Virus record (IMG/VR): IMGVR_UViG_3300042691_021691
Coordinates: 1 to 64,000 of that record
DNA from: a virus
DNA length: 64,000 bases
Strand: one strand, 5' to 3'
The notes below the pieces were generated by a model. The model saw nothing but the letters and a program-made list of their open reading frames with translations. It was not told where the DNA came from and ran no database searches. Every line of letters starts with the position of its first letter. The first letter of the stretch is position 1. Both the position numbers and the translations under genes were made by a program. Below, piece by piece: positions 8,224 through 17,076 of this stretch.

Positions 8224-8834
8224 TGCGGTGGGTTTGGTTATTACTCATTGCAACATCTCTACCCGCACAAGATACGGTGCGAGTAAAACATGCAAATTAT
8301 CAATCTGTATTTTCTAGATCATTGCGATATCCAATTTTAGTAGAATGGTCAACAACTCGGCGGGAGTTACAATGTTCTATACCCGCAAGACGAACTGATA
8401 AATTTTTACCAGACCCATATCTGCAAAAAGATAGTGATATAAACAATGATTATATTAGGTCTGGATTTGATAGAGGGCATATTTCTCCTGCAGGAGATTC
8501 AAGATGTAATCAACGCGATATGGATGAAAGTTTTTATTATACCAATATGGCTCCGCAGTATCCAGGACTAAATCGCGGTCAATGGAAAAATTTAGAAGAG
8601 TGGACTCGTATATTAGCTGTAGAAAATGATTCGCTGAATATTATGGCGGGATGTATTGGTGAGGCAGGAAGAATTAATCGTGTTGCTATACCAACGCATT
8701 GCTGGAAAGTAATTAAAGTAAAAAATGAAGTTCATGCATATGTGTTTCCAAATGTACCACAGAGAACTGCGACATTACAGCAGCATAAGGTTTCGTTAGA
8801 TAGCATAAGAATATTAACTAAATTGAAACTCTAA
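8220..8834 (+). CDS. DNA/RNA non-specific endonuclease (NucA/EndoG type) with signal peptide
   Basis: FDRGHISPAGD, TNMAPQ...LNRGQW..LE motifs. Confidence 0.9.
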   Translation: MMRWVWLLLIATSLPAQDTVRVKHANYQSVFSRSLRYPILVEWSTTRRELQCSIPARRTDKFLPDPYLQKDSDINNDYIRSGFDRGHISPAGDSRCNQRDMDESFYYTNMAPQYPGLNRGQWKNLEEWTRILAVENDSLNIMAGCIGEAGRINRVAIPTHCWKVIKVKNEVHAYVFPNVPQRTATLQQHKVSLDSIRILTKLKL

Positions 8835-8846
8835 CGGAGAATTGTT

Positions 8847-9443
8847 ATGGCGTTTACTAGAGAACAAATAGAAGCGGCAGTAAAAGCCAAAGGTTATGCG
8901 TGGTTTGAAGGGGCGAAAGATTTTGATGTGAATATTGTGGGAGTCAGAAATATGATTCCAGGAAAAAAAGTTACAAATTTATTTGACGACTGGATCACCG
9001 TTTCATATAAAGAAAACGGAGCTTGGAAATTTCATATATGGGCTTGTACCACAGACCCAGGAAATAAAGCAGTAAAAGAATTTCATAATCCGAATGGCGT
9101 AGCCAGATTGATACCCAATCAATATAGAGGATCTCATATGATTGGATTGCATCAAGGAAAATATGAAGCATTGAGACAACAAAAACCTGTCAAGGTTTGG
9201 AGAGATAAAAATAAAGATAGTGTATTCGATGAAACTTCCATCGACGAAGGAATTTTTGGTATAAACATCCATAGATCAAACCCAACAACAGAATCTCAAT
9301 TTGTAGAAAATTGGAGTGAAGGATGTCAGGTATTTAAGCGAGTAAAAGATTTTAATTTATTTATGGAAATTTGTAACAAAGCAAAGGTTATACACGGAAA
9401 CAGTTTTACCTATACGTTGATTACCTCTGGAGATATAAAATAA
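8847..9443 (+). CDS. Putative cell-wall enzyme, L,D-transpeptidase-like catalytic motif
   Basis: GINIH...WSEGCQV. Confidence 0.55.
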   Translation: MAFTREQIEAAVKAKGYAWFEGAKDFDVNIVGVRNMIPGKKVTNLFDDWITVSYKENGAWKFHIWACTTDPGNKAVKEFHNPNGVARLIPNQYRGSHMIGLHQGKYEALRQQKPVKVWRDKNKDSVFDETSIDEGIFGINIHRSNPTTESQFVENWSEGCQVFKRVKDFNLFMEICNKAKVIHGNSFTYTLITSGDIK

Positions 9444-9444
9444 T

Positions 9445-10044
9445 ATGAATATAGATAAATTAAAAGGGCATGTTCCTGATGCCGTATTAGCACAAATTCC
9501 AGAGGTTATGGAAAAATTTCAAATTAATACGCCATTGAGATTATGTCATTTCTTAGCGCAATGTGCCCATGAATCTGGAAACTTCAAGGCAGTTAATGAA
9601 AATTTAAATTATGGTCCAGTGGCATTGATGAGCACTTTTAAGAAATATTTTCCAGATTTACCAAAGGCGGAAGCATACGCAAGAAAGCCGGAAAAAATTG
9701 CAAATCTTGTATACGGTGCTCGTATGGGCAATGGACCCGAAGCAAGTGGTGACGGATGGAAATTTCGTGGAAGAGGGTTTATTCAATTAACGGGCAAAGT
9801 TAATTATGAATCATTTGACAAGGTAGTCTCGGAAAATTTAATAGAAACCCCAGATTTAGTTGCAACTAAATATCCGTTATTATCTGCTGCTTGGTTTTGG
9901 AATTCCAGATCATTAAATACTTTAGCCGATAAAGGTGCAACCGACGCCGATATAACTGCCATAACTAAAAAAGTAAATGGTGGCACTCACGGATTAGATG
10001 ATAGAATTGCTAAATTTAAAAAATTTCACAGTGTAATGAAATAA
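9445..10044 (+). CDS. GH19 chitinase-like endolysin
   Basis: FLAQCAHES, ENLNY, FRGRGFIQLTG, ITKKVNGG. Confidence 0.92.
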   Translation: MNIDKLKGHVPDAVLAQIPEVMEKFQINTPLRLCHFLAQCAHESGNFKAVNENLNYGPVALMSTFKKYFPDLPKAEAYARKPEKIANLVYGARMGNGPEASGDGWKFRGRGFIQLTGKVNYESFDKVVSENLIETPDLVATKYPLLSAAWFWNSRSLNTLADKGATDADITAITKKVNGGTHGLDDRIAKFKKFHSVMK

Positions 10045-10090
10045 AAACTATTGTTTTATTTAATTATTAGATAATTAATTATATACATAC

Positions 10091-10119
10091 TTGACAAAGG
10101 TAATCCGGTCTATTACATT
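10091..10119 (+). promoter_or_regulatory. sigma70-like promoter
   Basis: TTGACA-17nt-TACATT. Confidence 0.65.
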
Positions 10120-10134
10120 TATCTTATGTAGCTT

Positions 10135-10205
10135 GGGTCGGTAAGCTAACGGGAAACTGGGGCCTTTGCAAGGCTCACTTGTGGGTTCGATTCCCACCCG
10201 ATCCA
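10135..10205 (+). tRNA. tRNA-Cys(GCA), divergent copy
   Basis: Anticodon loop TTGCAAG, GGTTCGATTCC. Confidence 0.85.
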
Positions 10206-10210
10206 TAAAT

Positions 10211-10400
10211 ATGTTAGTTGTCAGCCACGGAATCTGGTGGTTAAACCGTAAAAGTAAAAGACCGTGCGGTTCGACTGACATAATCCTCTGTAGTTGAGCC
10301 ATATAAGGCACGGGCACACGAAAGTGAGCAGCTCCACCTGTATGGCGGTCGGGGCGAGTAAGGGCCTTTACTCTTATGGCAACTATAACCGAACCCCATA
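10211..10400 (+). ncRNA. Unassigned structured RNA (two domains)
   Basis: ATGTTAGTTG/CGACTGACAT; TGTAGTTG/CAACTATA; CAC-GAAA-GTG tetraloop; GC-rich and non-coding. Confidence 0.5.
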
Positions 10401-10418
10401 ACGGAAAAGTTGCAATAC

Positions 10419-10492
10419 GGACGGTTAGCTCAGTTGGTTAGAGCAACGCTTTTACACAGCGAAGGTCGGGGGTTCGAATCCCTCACTGTCCA
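10419..10492 (+). tRNA. tRNA-Val(TAC)
   Basis: Cloverleaf, loop TTTACAC. Confidence 0.95.
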
Positions 10493-10516
10493 TACACTTA
10501 ACAAGGAGAAATAGTT

Positions 10517-10861
10517 ATGGCACATGGTAATGTTATTGTTGTAAATACTGTCACCGATGAAATTAAGTCAGTTCCCGTAGGATTCTCGTGGACCGTTTTG
10601 TTTTGGGGATGCTTTCCTGCACTATTTCGTCAAGATTGGAAAAATTTTGGAATTATGGCGGGAACTTTAATAATTTCTACGTTCTTGCTGGTAGCATTCA
10701 TTCCACTCGTAGTATTTGCATTTATTTATAATGATAAGATGTGTTTAAAGGATTTGCTCAATAATGGATGGAAGATTAAGGAATATACTGGAAGTAAAAA
10801 CTTAAATGTAGTTGGGCAATCTGTTGGATATAATCTTGATAAATTTATGTTGAATAAGTAA
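10517..10861 (+). CDS. Membrane protein, DUF2628/HrgC-like
   Basis: VGFSWTVLFWGCFPALFRQDW motif. Confidence 0.65.
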   Translation: MAHGNVIVVNTVTDEIKSVPVGFSWTVLFWGCFPALFRQDWKNFGIMAGTLIISTFLLVAFIPLVVFAFIYNDKMCLKDLLNNGWKIKEYTGSKNLNVVGQSVGYNLDKFMLNK

Positions 10862-11093
10862 TACGGCAGGACGAGTCTTACTCGGTTAGTGGTCGTATGG
10901 AAAGGCATCTGAAAACTGATAACGTATATGGGGTTCACCCTAGGACACAGCTAACAACTCTCCGAGTTGAGGATGAATAACGACGATGTATAGGGGTGGT
11001 CATGACCCAACGATTTTGGGGTGATACACAGATAGGAGTTGCAACTACCTATCACCTGATTGCAGGATAACACCTTTCCCGCTGTATTACTTA
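10855..11093 (+). ncRNA. Unassigned multi-stem structured RNA (~235 nt)
   Basis: 13-bp closing stem TAAGTAATACGGC/GCTGTATTACTTA, GGAAAGG/CCTTTCC, several internal hairpins. Confidence 0.55.
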
Positions 11094-11105
11094 ATATTAA
11101 AATAT

Positions 11106-11675
11106 ATGCCACATAATGTTTCACTCACAACACACAGATACGTTTATGTAGTTTCTGATTTGGTTATTCGCGATGGTAACGAGAATCTAATTCCGTGTGT
11201 ATGGTTTGGTATTGGATCCACACCACAGCGTAGTCTTGCGTGTCATATTTTATTAGAAAATGGTGCGATGTTAGTAGATATTCCACTTCATGCATTACGT
11301 TGGAAACAAACCGATATATCTGTAGCATTATCAGATGTTGTGGCGTGGGATTGTTATGGATGGGATGTGGAAATATATCAGCCAGAATATATAAGTGGAT
11401 TGTCATGTGAAATACTAGATGTTACGCATAAAAAAATTGAAGGGGTTGGAACTTTATGGTTTGCAATCGATTTTATAAATAATGGGTTTAGTGATGCCCC
11501 GCAGCAGCATAAACATTTATGGATAGTTGCACGAAATGATGGAGCCTTAATGTTACTACCGCAGGATAGATTATTAATTCACGAGTCAAGTTTTACAGAA
11601 GTAAACGGCATTCCAAAAATCAAGAGACAAGATAATGTTTGGATTGCCGAAATGATTGATAATGTTATTAAATGA
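11106..11675 (+). CDS. Hypothetical phage protein
   Basis: 189-aa ORF. Confidence 0.7.
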   Translation: MPHNVSLTTHRYVYVVSDLVIRDGNENLIPCVWFGIGSTPQRSLACHILLENGAMLVDIPLHALRWKQTDISVALSDVVAWDCYGWDVEIYQPEYISGLSCEILDVTHKKIEGVGTLWFAIDFINNGFSDAPQQHKHLWIVARNDGALMLLPQDRLLIHESSFTEVNGIPKIKRQDNVWIAEMIDNVIK

Positions 11676-11693
11676 TAATTGTTAATGGTTTTT

Positions 11694-11775
11694 GCTCTTG
11701 TGGTGGAATGGTATACACGGCAGTCTCAAAAACTGCTTCCCATCGGGATTGTGAGTTCGAGTCTCACCGAGAGCA
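11694..11775 (+). tRNA. tRNA-Leu(CAA)
   Basis: Loop CTCAAAA, variable arm. Confidence 0.95.
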
Positions 11776-11797
11776 CTAATTTAGTTATGGAGAATTT

Positions 11798-12367
11798 ATG
11801 AAAAATTTTAGTCAAATAATTACAGAACATTTAAGCGACAAAGTACAAAATGGCTACGGTCCAGTTTATGATAGCATTTTAAAAAACTTACGACATAAGC
11901 CATTAAATATATTGGAAATTGGAATCGGTACCGTGATTCCAGATGCACCGTCAAATATGGCGTGGCAGGGTGGTAATTATAGACCTGGTGCTTCATTACG
12001 AGCATTCAAAGAATATTTTCCAAATGCTATGATTTATGGTGGGGATATTCAAGACGATTGTATGTTTGAAGAGCCAAGAATTAAAACATTTAAGTTTGAT
12101 TCTACTAATCTATCCCAGTGTAATGCTGCATTGATGGATATGACGTTTGATATTATTATTGACGATGGGTTGCACACAACACCGGCGCAATTAAAAACGT
12201 TTAGAAATTTGTGGCATAGAGTTAACGATGGTGGATTCTATTTTATGGAAGATGTTTGGTCACCATTGTATGAAGAATGGCAAACTGCATTTGGTGATAT
12301 TGATGCGGAAAAGTGGGATTATAAGAGTAACAGCGCAAAGTATACATTTATAGTATTTTCTAAGTAA
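11798..12367 (+). CDS. Class I SAM-dependent methyltransferase (sugar O-methyltransferase-like)
   Basis: ILEIGIG, DIIIDDGLH, GGFYFMED. Confidence 0.85.
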   Translation: MKNFSQIITEHLSDKVQNGYGPVYDSILKNLRHKPLNILEIGIGTVIPDAPSNMAWQGGNYRPGASLRAFKEYFPNAMIYGGDIQDDCMFEEPRIKTFKFDSTNLSQCNAALMDMTFDIIIDDGLHTTPAQLKTFRNLWHRVNDGGFYFMEDVWSPLYEEWQTAFGDIDAEKWDYKSNSAKYTFIVFSK

Positions 12368-12368
12368 T

Positions 12369-12439
12369 ACCTCGATGGTGTAATGGAAGCACTACAGTCT
12401 TCGGAACTGTATGTGAGGGTTCAAATCCTTCTCGGGGTA
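12369..12439 (+). tRNA. tRNA-Arg(TCG)
   Basis: ACAGT-CTTCGGA-ACTGT anticodon arm; GGTTCAAATCC. Confidence 0.85.
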
Positions 12440-12529
12440 CTTCTAAATTATAAGGGCGGAAAATTATCCGAGTCCACCCCGCCAGAAGTGTAATGTAGGA
12501 GACTCTCGGTCCTACTATAATTTAGATAT

Positions 12530-12614
12530 GGACAGTTGGCAGAGTGGTCTATTGCAGCAGTCTTGAAAACTGCCGTGCCGCAAGGTACCGAGAGTTCGAA
12601 TCCCTCACTGTCCG
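12530..12614 (+). tRNA. tRNA-Ser(TGA)
   Basis: Loop CTTGAAA, long variable arm. Confidence 0.95.
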
Positions 12615-12618
12615 TTGT

Positions 12619-12691
12619 GCGTCGATAGCTCAATTGGTAGAGCACTGGTCTCCAAAACCAGCGGTTGGGGGTTCGACTCCCTCTCGGCGTG
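12619..12691 (+). tRNA. tRNA-Trp(CCA)
   Basis: Loop CTCCAAA. Confidence 0.95.
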
Positions 12692-12694
12692 TAG

Positions 12695-12774
12695 GCGCTT
12701 ATGGCGGAATTAGCAGACGCACCAGTCTTAGGAACTGGCGGGTAACCGTGGGGGTGCAAGTCCCTCTAAGCGCA
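12695..12774 (+). tRNA. tRNA-Leu(TAG)
   Basis: Loop CTTAGGA, T-loop TGCAAGT. Confidence 0.9.
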
Positions 12775-12779
12775 TACTT

Positions 12780-12852
12780 GCGGGTGTAGCTCAGTTGGTA
12801 GAGCACTTCCTTGCCAAGGAAGATGTCACGGGTTCGACCCCCGTTACCCGCT
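12780..12852 (+). tRNA. tRNA-Gly(GCC)
   Basis: Loop TTGCCAA. Confidence 0.95.
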
Positions 12853-12865
12853 CTTTAATAAATTT

Positions 12866-13252
12866 ATGAATGATAAATCAATACAAAATATAAGAAGTAA
12901 TGCATTAACGTATGGGACCACGCCAAATGCTCCTGCCTCAATATATCCAGAAAATATAGATGAGTGGAAAGCTAATGTATCTCCTACATTTAAGCATTAT
13001 TTCAAAGAAAGATATGATGAAATAGTAAAGTTGTATGAACGGTTAGCAGAAGAATATGCAATAAATAAAATGTTATACGAATGCCAAATTTCGTTTCAAC
13101 CAAAAATTGGTGAAACTTATTATTTGTATAATACGCCAAGCAAAGGTGCATTCATTTCGCTAGTTTCTCCTGAGTCTGCTTTCTGGGGTGGTTTTGTAGG
13201 ATCGTTTAAATTGAATTCGCAGTATGCGTGGGAAAAGGTAACGTCACTGTAG
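12866..13252 (+). CDS. DUF2452-like protein
   Basis: FQPKIGETYYLY...FISLVSP..W pattern; stop codon inside tRNA-Phe. Confidence 0.65.
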   Translation: MNDKSIQNIRSNALTYGTTPNAPASIYPENIDEWKANVSPTFKHYFKERYDEIVKLYERLAEEYAINKMLYECQISFQPKIGETYYLYNTPSKGAFISLVSPESAFWGGFVGSFKLNSQYAWEKVTSL

Positions 13253-13315
13253 CTCAGTTGGTAGAGCGCCAGCCTGAAGAGCTGGGCGTCAGGGGTTCGA
13301 CTCCCTTCGGTGACA
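13243..13315 (+). tRNA. tRNA-Phe(GAA)
   Basis: Loop CTGAAGA. Confidence 0.95.
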
Positions 13316-13339
13316 TTTTATTTAAATATTGAGGTTATT

Positions 13340-13699
13340 ATGCGGTTTCTTACCAGAAAATTAGTTCAGCCAGGAGATTTAAACGCAGGTGGAACTTTGT
13401 TTGGAGGACGATGCTTAGCATGGATTGACGAAGAAGCGGCAATTTATGCAAGTATTGAAACTAGACATCGACGGGTAGTTACAAAAAGCATATCAGAAAT
13501 AAATTTTATTGCTCCTGCATTTCAAGGAGATATTGTTGAAATTGGAATTGGTTTAAAAACTATAGGTAAAACATCAATTACATTAGAAGTGCAGGTTAGA
13601 GACTTGACAACTCACAAAGTTATTGTTAATATCGATGAGATGGTGTTTGTTTGTATAGATGAAGACGGAAGGCCTGTTAAACATTCATTAAGCAAATGA
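13340..13699 (+). CDS. Acyl-CoA thioesterase (hotdog fold)
   Basis: DLNAGGTLFGGRCLAWIDEEAA; start at ATG 13340 after GAGG. Confidence 0.9.
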   Translation: MRFLTRKLVQPGDLNAGGTLFGGRCLAWIDEEAAIYASIETRHRRVVTKSISEINFIAPAFQGDIVEIGIGLKTIGKTSITLEVQVRDLTTHKVIVNIDEMVFVCIDEDGRPVKHSLSK

Positions 13700-13700
13700 T

Positions 13701-13835
13701 ATGGAAATTTATCTTATATACGGATTAATTGTGGCATTTTGTGTGTTTATTGCAATTCAATGGACAAGAGGTATTGTTTATATGGATAGTAATCATTCTG
13801 ACTATAAAGGCGAAGATTTTTTAGGTGATATATGA
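13701..13835 (+). CDS. Small membrane protein (44 aa)
   Basis: MEIYLIYGLIVAFCVFIAIQWTRGIVYMDSNHSDYKGEDFLGDI. Confidence 0.6.
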   Translation: MEIYLIYGLIVAFCVFIAIQWTRGIVYMDSNHSDYKGEDFLGDI

Positions 13836-13842
13836 ACGTTCG

Positions 13843-14002
13843 TGAATTTATCGCACATCCCTGATGTGTTTGCCCGTATTGTCCTCTGTAACGTGCTATA
13901 GGTTTCGACCTAGTTACATGGTAACGGGGTAGGCATTGTCCGGACATGACCTACCACGACCAGACCTGTCGGATTGAAGATGTGCGCGGAATGCAAAATT
14001 CA
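13843..14002 (+). ncRNA. Unassigned structured RNA (~160 nt)
   Basis: TGAATTT/AAATTCA and CGCACATC/GATGTGCG closing stems; TGTTTGCCC/GGGTAGGCA; TAGGT-TTCG-ACCTA. Confidence 0.5.
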
Positions 14003-14016
14003 TCTATGGTCAATAT

Positions 14017-14089
14017 TCCCAGATAGCTCAGTCGGTAGAGCAGGTGACTGTTAATCACCGGGTCGGGGGTTCGAGTCCCTCTCTGGGAG
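14017..14089 (+). tRNA. tRNA-Asn(GTT)
   Basis: Loop CTGTTAA. Confidence 0.95.
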
Positions 14090-14110
14090 CTTATTTAATA
14101 CAGAGGTAAT

Positions 14111-14386
14111 ATGAAACATATTTTATATGCAAAACCAAAAACATTAACAGAAACAGAAGAACATATTATAGTAAAGAGAAAATGGTGGGCGGTTATTCTA
14201 TTAGTAATTGGTGGAATAATGCTAGCAGCCAAGTTACCAGTTCCTTTATTTATTCCGTATATCTTCTTTTTCTTTGGTCATGGTGGAATGCTACATAGTT
14301 TTTGGAATAAACATGACTATCCAATGGTTATTGTAAATCTGATTTGGTTGTTGATTGACATTATAGGCACAATTAGGTGGTTTTAA
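14111..14386 (+). CDS. Small multi-TM membrane protein
   Basis: Three hydrophobic helices. Confidence 0.65.
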   Translation: MKHILYAKPKTLTETEEHIIVKRKWWAVILLVIGGIMLAAKLPVPLFIPYIFFFFGHGGMLHSFWNKHDYPMVIVNLIWLLIDIIGTIRWF

Positions 14387-14769
14387 TGATAGAGATTACC
14401 AAATTAATATTAGATACCGCACAGGGAATATTTAATGCTATACAAGGAAAGAAAAGTCAAAGAAAAAATGAGATATCTTCTTTCTTTTTGGCAATTTCAA
14501 GAGAACTTGATATCGTAGTCGAAAAGCTTAAAAATGGAGAAGTTCCACATGGATCTTGCGCTACCATTCAGCATTTTGCTACGGAGTTTCCTACTAAATT
14601 AGAAGGTGTATTAGATAAGGTAAAAGCACATAAATATGGAAGTGCATTGCATCAAGCACACAATGTAGAAATGTTACACATAACGGTTAAAGAGAATCCA
14701 GCATGCTTGGCGGATTTAGAAAAGGCATCAGGATTATTTCGTGGGGCTGGATTAACAGTACTGTTATAA
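14386..14769 (+). CDS. Hypothetical protein
   Basis: ATG overlaps the previous stop. Confidence 0.65.
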   Translation: MIEITKLILDTAQGIFNAIQGKKSQRKNEISSFFLAISRELDIVVEKLKNGEVPHGSCATIQHFATEFPTKLEGVLDKVKAHKYGSALHQAHNVEMLHITVKENPACLADLEKASGLFRGAGLTVLL

Positions 14770-14772
14770 GGT

Positions 14773-15309
14773 ATGAATTATATGACTTGGAATATTGACA
14801 GACTAAAACGTGCTGGGTTTTTACTTACCGAGAGCAATATTTCAAATGCTCAAGAGATAGAAGAGTTTTTAAGCAACTGTGAAAGCACTGTCGCAACGGA
14901 AGATAAATTACATACGATAACTGAAAAGTTTTCGATAGCAGAATTACAACCACAAATTAGTAAGATGCATCGGTCAGATTACCTGTTTACTAGCATAATA
15001 CAAAATATGTATGCAACGGTATCTGCACTTCCGTGTGTTTATGTTCAACGCGATATCGTGCCAACTAAATTAAGAAATTTTAAAGCAATTCTACATTTGG
15101 ATCGGTATATCAATGACTCATACGATGAAGCGACGGTGAAAGGAACTATAGAACTTTTATCGGAATATTTAGGTTATGAATTAAAATTATTTATTGGTCA
15201 CGAATGTGTTTTAAATAAAACTCCAATATATATAGATTCTCCACTGATACCTACTGTCGGTGAAGATAACATTATTACGTTTAGTTTTACGTATTCTACA
15301 CCAGTATAA
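14773..15309 (+). CDS. Hypothetical protein
   Basis: 178-aa ORF in operon. Confidence 0.6.
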   Translation: MNYMTWNIDRLKRAGFLLTESNISNAQEIEEFLSNCESTVATEDKLHTITEKFSIAELQPQISKMHRSDYLFTSIIQNMYATVSALPCVYVQRDIVPTKLRNFKAILHLDRYINDSYDEATVKGTIELLSEYLGYELKLFIGHECVLNKTPIYIDSPLIPTVGEDNIITFSFTYSTPV

Positions 15310-15311
15310 AT

Positions 15312-15385
15312 GGGGTGGTGGCGCAATTGGTTAGCGCACCGGACTGTCACTCCGGAGGTTGCGGGTTCGATCCCCGTCCATCCCG
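15312..15385 (+). tRNA. tRNA-Asp(GTC)
   Basis: Loop CTGTCAC. Confidence 0.95.
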
Positions 15386-15410
15386 TAGTTAATTGAGTCA
15401 GGAATTAGTT

Positions 15411-15842
15411 ATGATGAGAGAATGTGGAAACTGTACAAAATGTTGCGAAGGTTGGCTAGTTGCAAATATTTTTGAACATAAAATATATAAAGACAATCCT
15501 TGCCCTTATATTGATAGTGATAACTGTAAGTGTTCTATTTATAATAAAAAGCCATTACTATGTTCCGATTTTAAATGTGCTTGGTTAAAAGAAGAACATG
15601 TATTTCCATTATGGATGAAACCAAATTTAATAAATCAAATTATTAAAAAGCATGTAACAAATGAATATATTTATTATGAGATAGTAGAAGCAGGATCAAC
15701 CATAGATACCGAAATATTAAATTGGTTTATGGAACAAGCAGCTAAGGGAAGGATGAATATAAAATATAGTATAAACGGATTACCACATTACGTTGGTGAT
15801 AGTTATTTTTGCAAATCCAGACCTATGATTGGCAATAGCTAA
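15411..15842 (+). CDS. YkgJ-like Cys-cluster (Zn/Fe-S) protein
   Basis: CGNCTKCC...CPY....CKCSIY..KP..C..F.C. Confidence 0.75.
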   Translation: MMRECGNCTKCCEGWLVANIFEHKIYKDNPCPYIDSDNCKCSIYNKKPLLCSDFKCAWLKEEHVFPLWMKPNLINQIIKKHVTNEYIYYEIVEAGSTIDTEILNWFMEQAAKGRMNIKYSINGLPHYVGDSYFCKSRPMIGNS

Positions 15843-15845
15843 TTC

Positions 15846-15919
15846 GGCAGAGTAGCTCAGTTGGTAAGAGCGCATGACTCATAATCATGAGGTCGAGGGT
15901 TCAACTCCCTCCTTTGCTA
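15846..15919 (+). tRNA. tRNA-Met(CAT), elongator type
   Basis: CATGA-CTCATAA-TCATG arm; GGC start. Confidence 0.9.
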
Positions 15920-15939
15920 TAATTTAAACAGGGAGTGTA

Positions 15940-16506
15940 ATGCACAATTTAATAGTAATTGGACATCCGGACAAAAATAGCTTTTGTTATAATGGAATAT
16001 TTAAAACCATTATCGAAGAATTGAAGCGTAACAACGAAGAAATTGAAATAATTGATTTATATAAAGATGATTTGTCAATTAAGAAGAAAGAGGTTATCAA
16101 GCATTATCAAGAACTTGTAACGTGGTCGGATAGAATTTATATCATCTCACCTGTGTGGTGGTTTAGATGTACCCCGTTAATGGAAGAGTTTTTTGATGTG
16201 GTATTTACTCCAAAATTTGCATATGAGTTTAAACCTCTCATTCCAAAATACGGATATCCTAAGCCATTGCTATCAGATAAAAAAGTTAGAACTTATCTAA
16301 CGCACGGTGCACCTGCTTTACCTGTATACTTATTATATTTTAATGCGGTGAAACTTCGATTGTCTCTTGGTGTATATTCATTTGTATTTGGGTGGTTTAA
16401 AGCTAAAACTAGACAATTTTGGAGCGTACCGTTCGTTGACAATTCGACAAGAATGCGTTATCTTACAAAAGTTAAACAGGACATTAATAAAGATTTGAAG
16501 TTATGA
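15940..16506 (+). CDS. NAD(P)H-dependent oxidoreductase (flavodoxin-2 fold)
   Basis: IGHPDKNSF...PVWWF..TPLMEEFFDVV. Confidence 0.85.
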   Translation: MHNLIVIGHPDKNSFCYNGIFKTIIEELKRNNEEIEIIDLYKDDLSIKKKEVIKHYQELVTWSDRIYIISPVWWFRCTPLMEEFFDVVFTPKFAYEFKPLIPKYGYPKPLLSDKKVRTYLTHGAPALPVYLLYFNAVKLRLSLGVYSFVFGWFKAKTRQFWSVPFVDNSTRMRYLTKVKQDINKDLKL

Positions 16507-16907
16507 AAGATAAAGTTGGTGTAATTGCAGGAAACTTTGATGTTATACATCCTGGGTATATGAAGATGTTTGCAGAATGTAAAGCAAACTGTGATATCTT
16601 TGAAGTATTTTTACACGAAGATCCCAGTATTGGACGACCAGAAAAAATAAAACCCATTCTTTCTGTAGAAGAGCGAATGGAAATACTATACGGTATTAGG
16701 TATATTGATAGCGTAGTTCCATATAAGACTGAACAAGATTTATATAAACTACTAAAAGTTTCTGGAATACATATACGGTTTTTAGGCGATGATTATCTTA
16801 ACAAACCGTTTACAGGTGATGATTTAGGTATTCCTATATATTGGATTAAGCGTGATCATGGATGGTCAACTACAAAGTTTAAAAATTTAATTGCACAATC
16901 AGTATAA
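16503..16907 (+). CDS. Cytidylyltransferase (TagD/G3P-CT-like)
   Basis: GNFDVIHPGY, GDDY, WSTT motifs. Confidence 0.85.
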   Translation: MKDKVGVIAGNFDVIHPGYMKMFAECKANCDIFEVFLHEDPSIGRPEKIKPILSVEERMEILYGIRYIDSVVPYKTEQDLYKLLKVSGIHIRFLGDDYLNKPFTGDDLGIPIYWIKRDHGWSTTKFKNLIAQSV

Positions 16908-16912
16908 AATAC

Positions 16913-16997
16913 GGGAGTGCCGCAAAGTTGGAGGTTTGCACCGGACTGTAAATCCGTTGGTTCATAGCCCTAGTAGGTTCGAATCCTTCCACTACCA
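16913..16997 (+). tRNA. tRNA-Tyr(GTA)
   Basis: Loop CTGTAAA, variable arm; some stem mismatches. Confidence 0.85.
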
Positions 16998-17000
16998 TTT

Positions 17001-17073
17001 GCACCCATAGCTCAACTGGCAGAGCATTCGCCTCTTAAGCGACAGGTTGTAGGATCGTCCCCTACTGGGTGCA
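17001..17073 (+). tRNA. tRNA-Lys(CTT)
   Basis: Loop CTCTTAA; T-loop ATCGTCC. Confidence 0.9.
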
Positions 17074-17076
17074 TCT

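Noticed and set aside
10310-10335. SRP RNA helix-8-like CAC-GAAA-GTG-AGCAGC
   Set aside because: The conserved 5' CAGG strand of the SRP symmetric loop is absent.
12448-12789. ORFs 12448-12759(-) and 12544-12789(+)
   Set aside because: They are translations of tRNA genes.
13858-13870. Hammerhead core (CTGATGTG)
   Set aside because: It deviates from CUGANGA and has no correctly placed GAAA strand.
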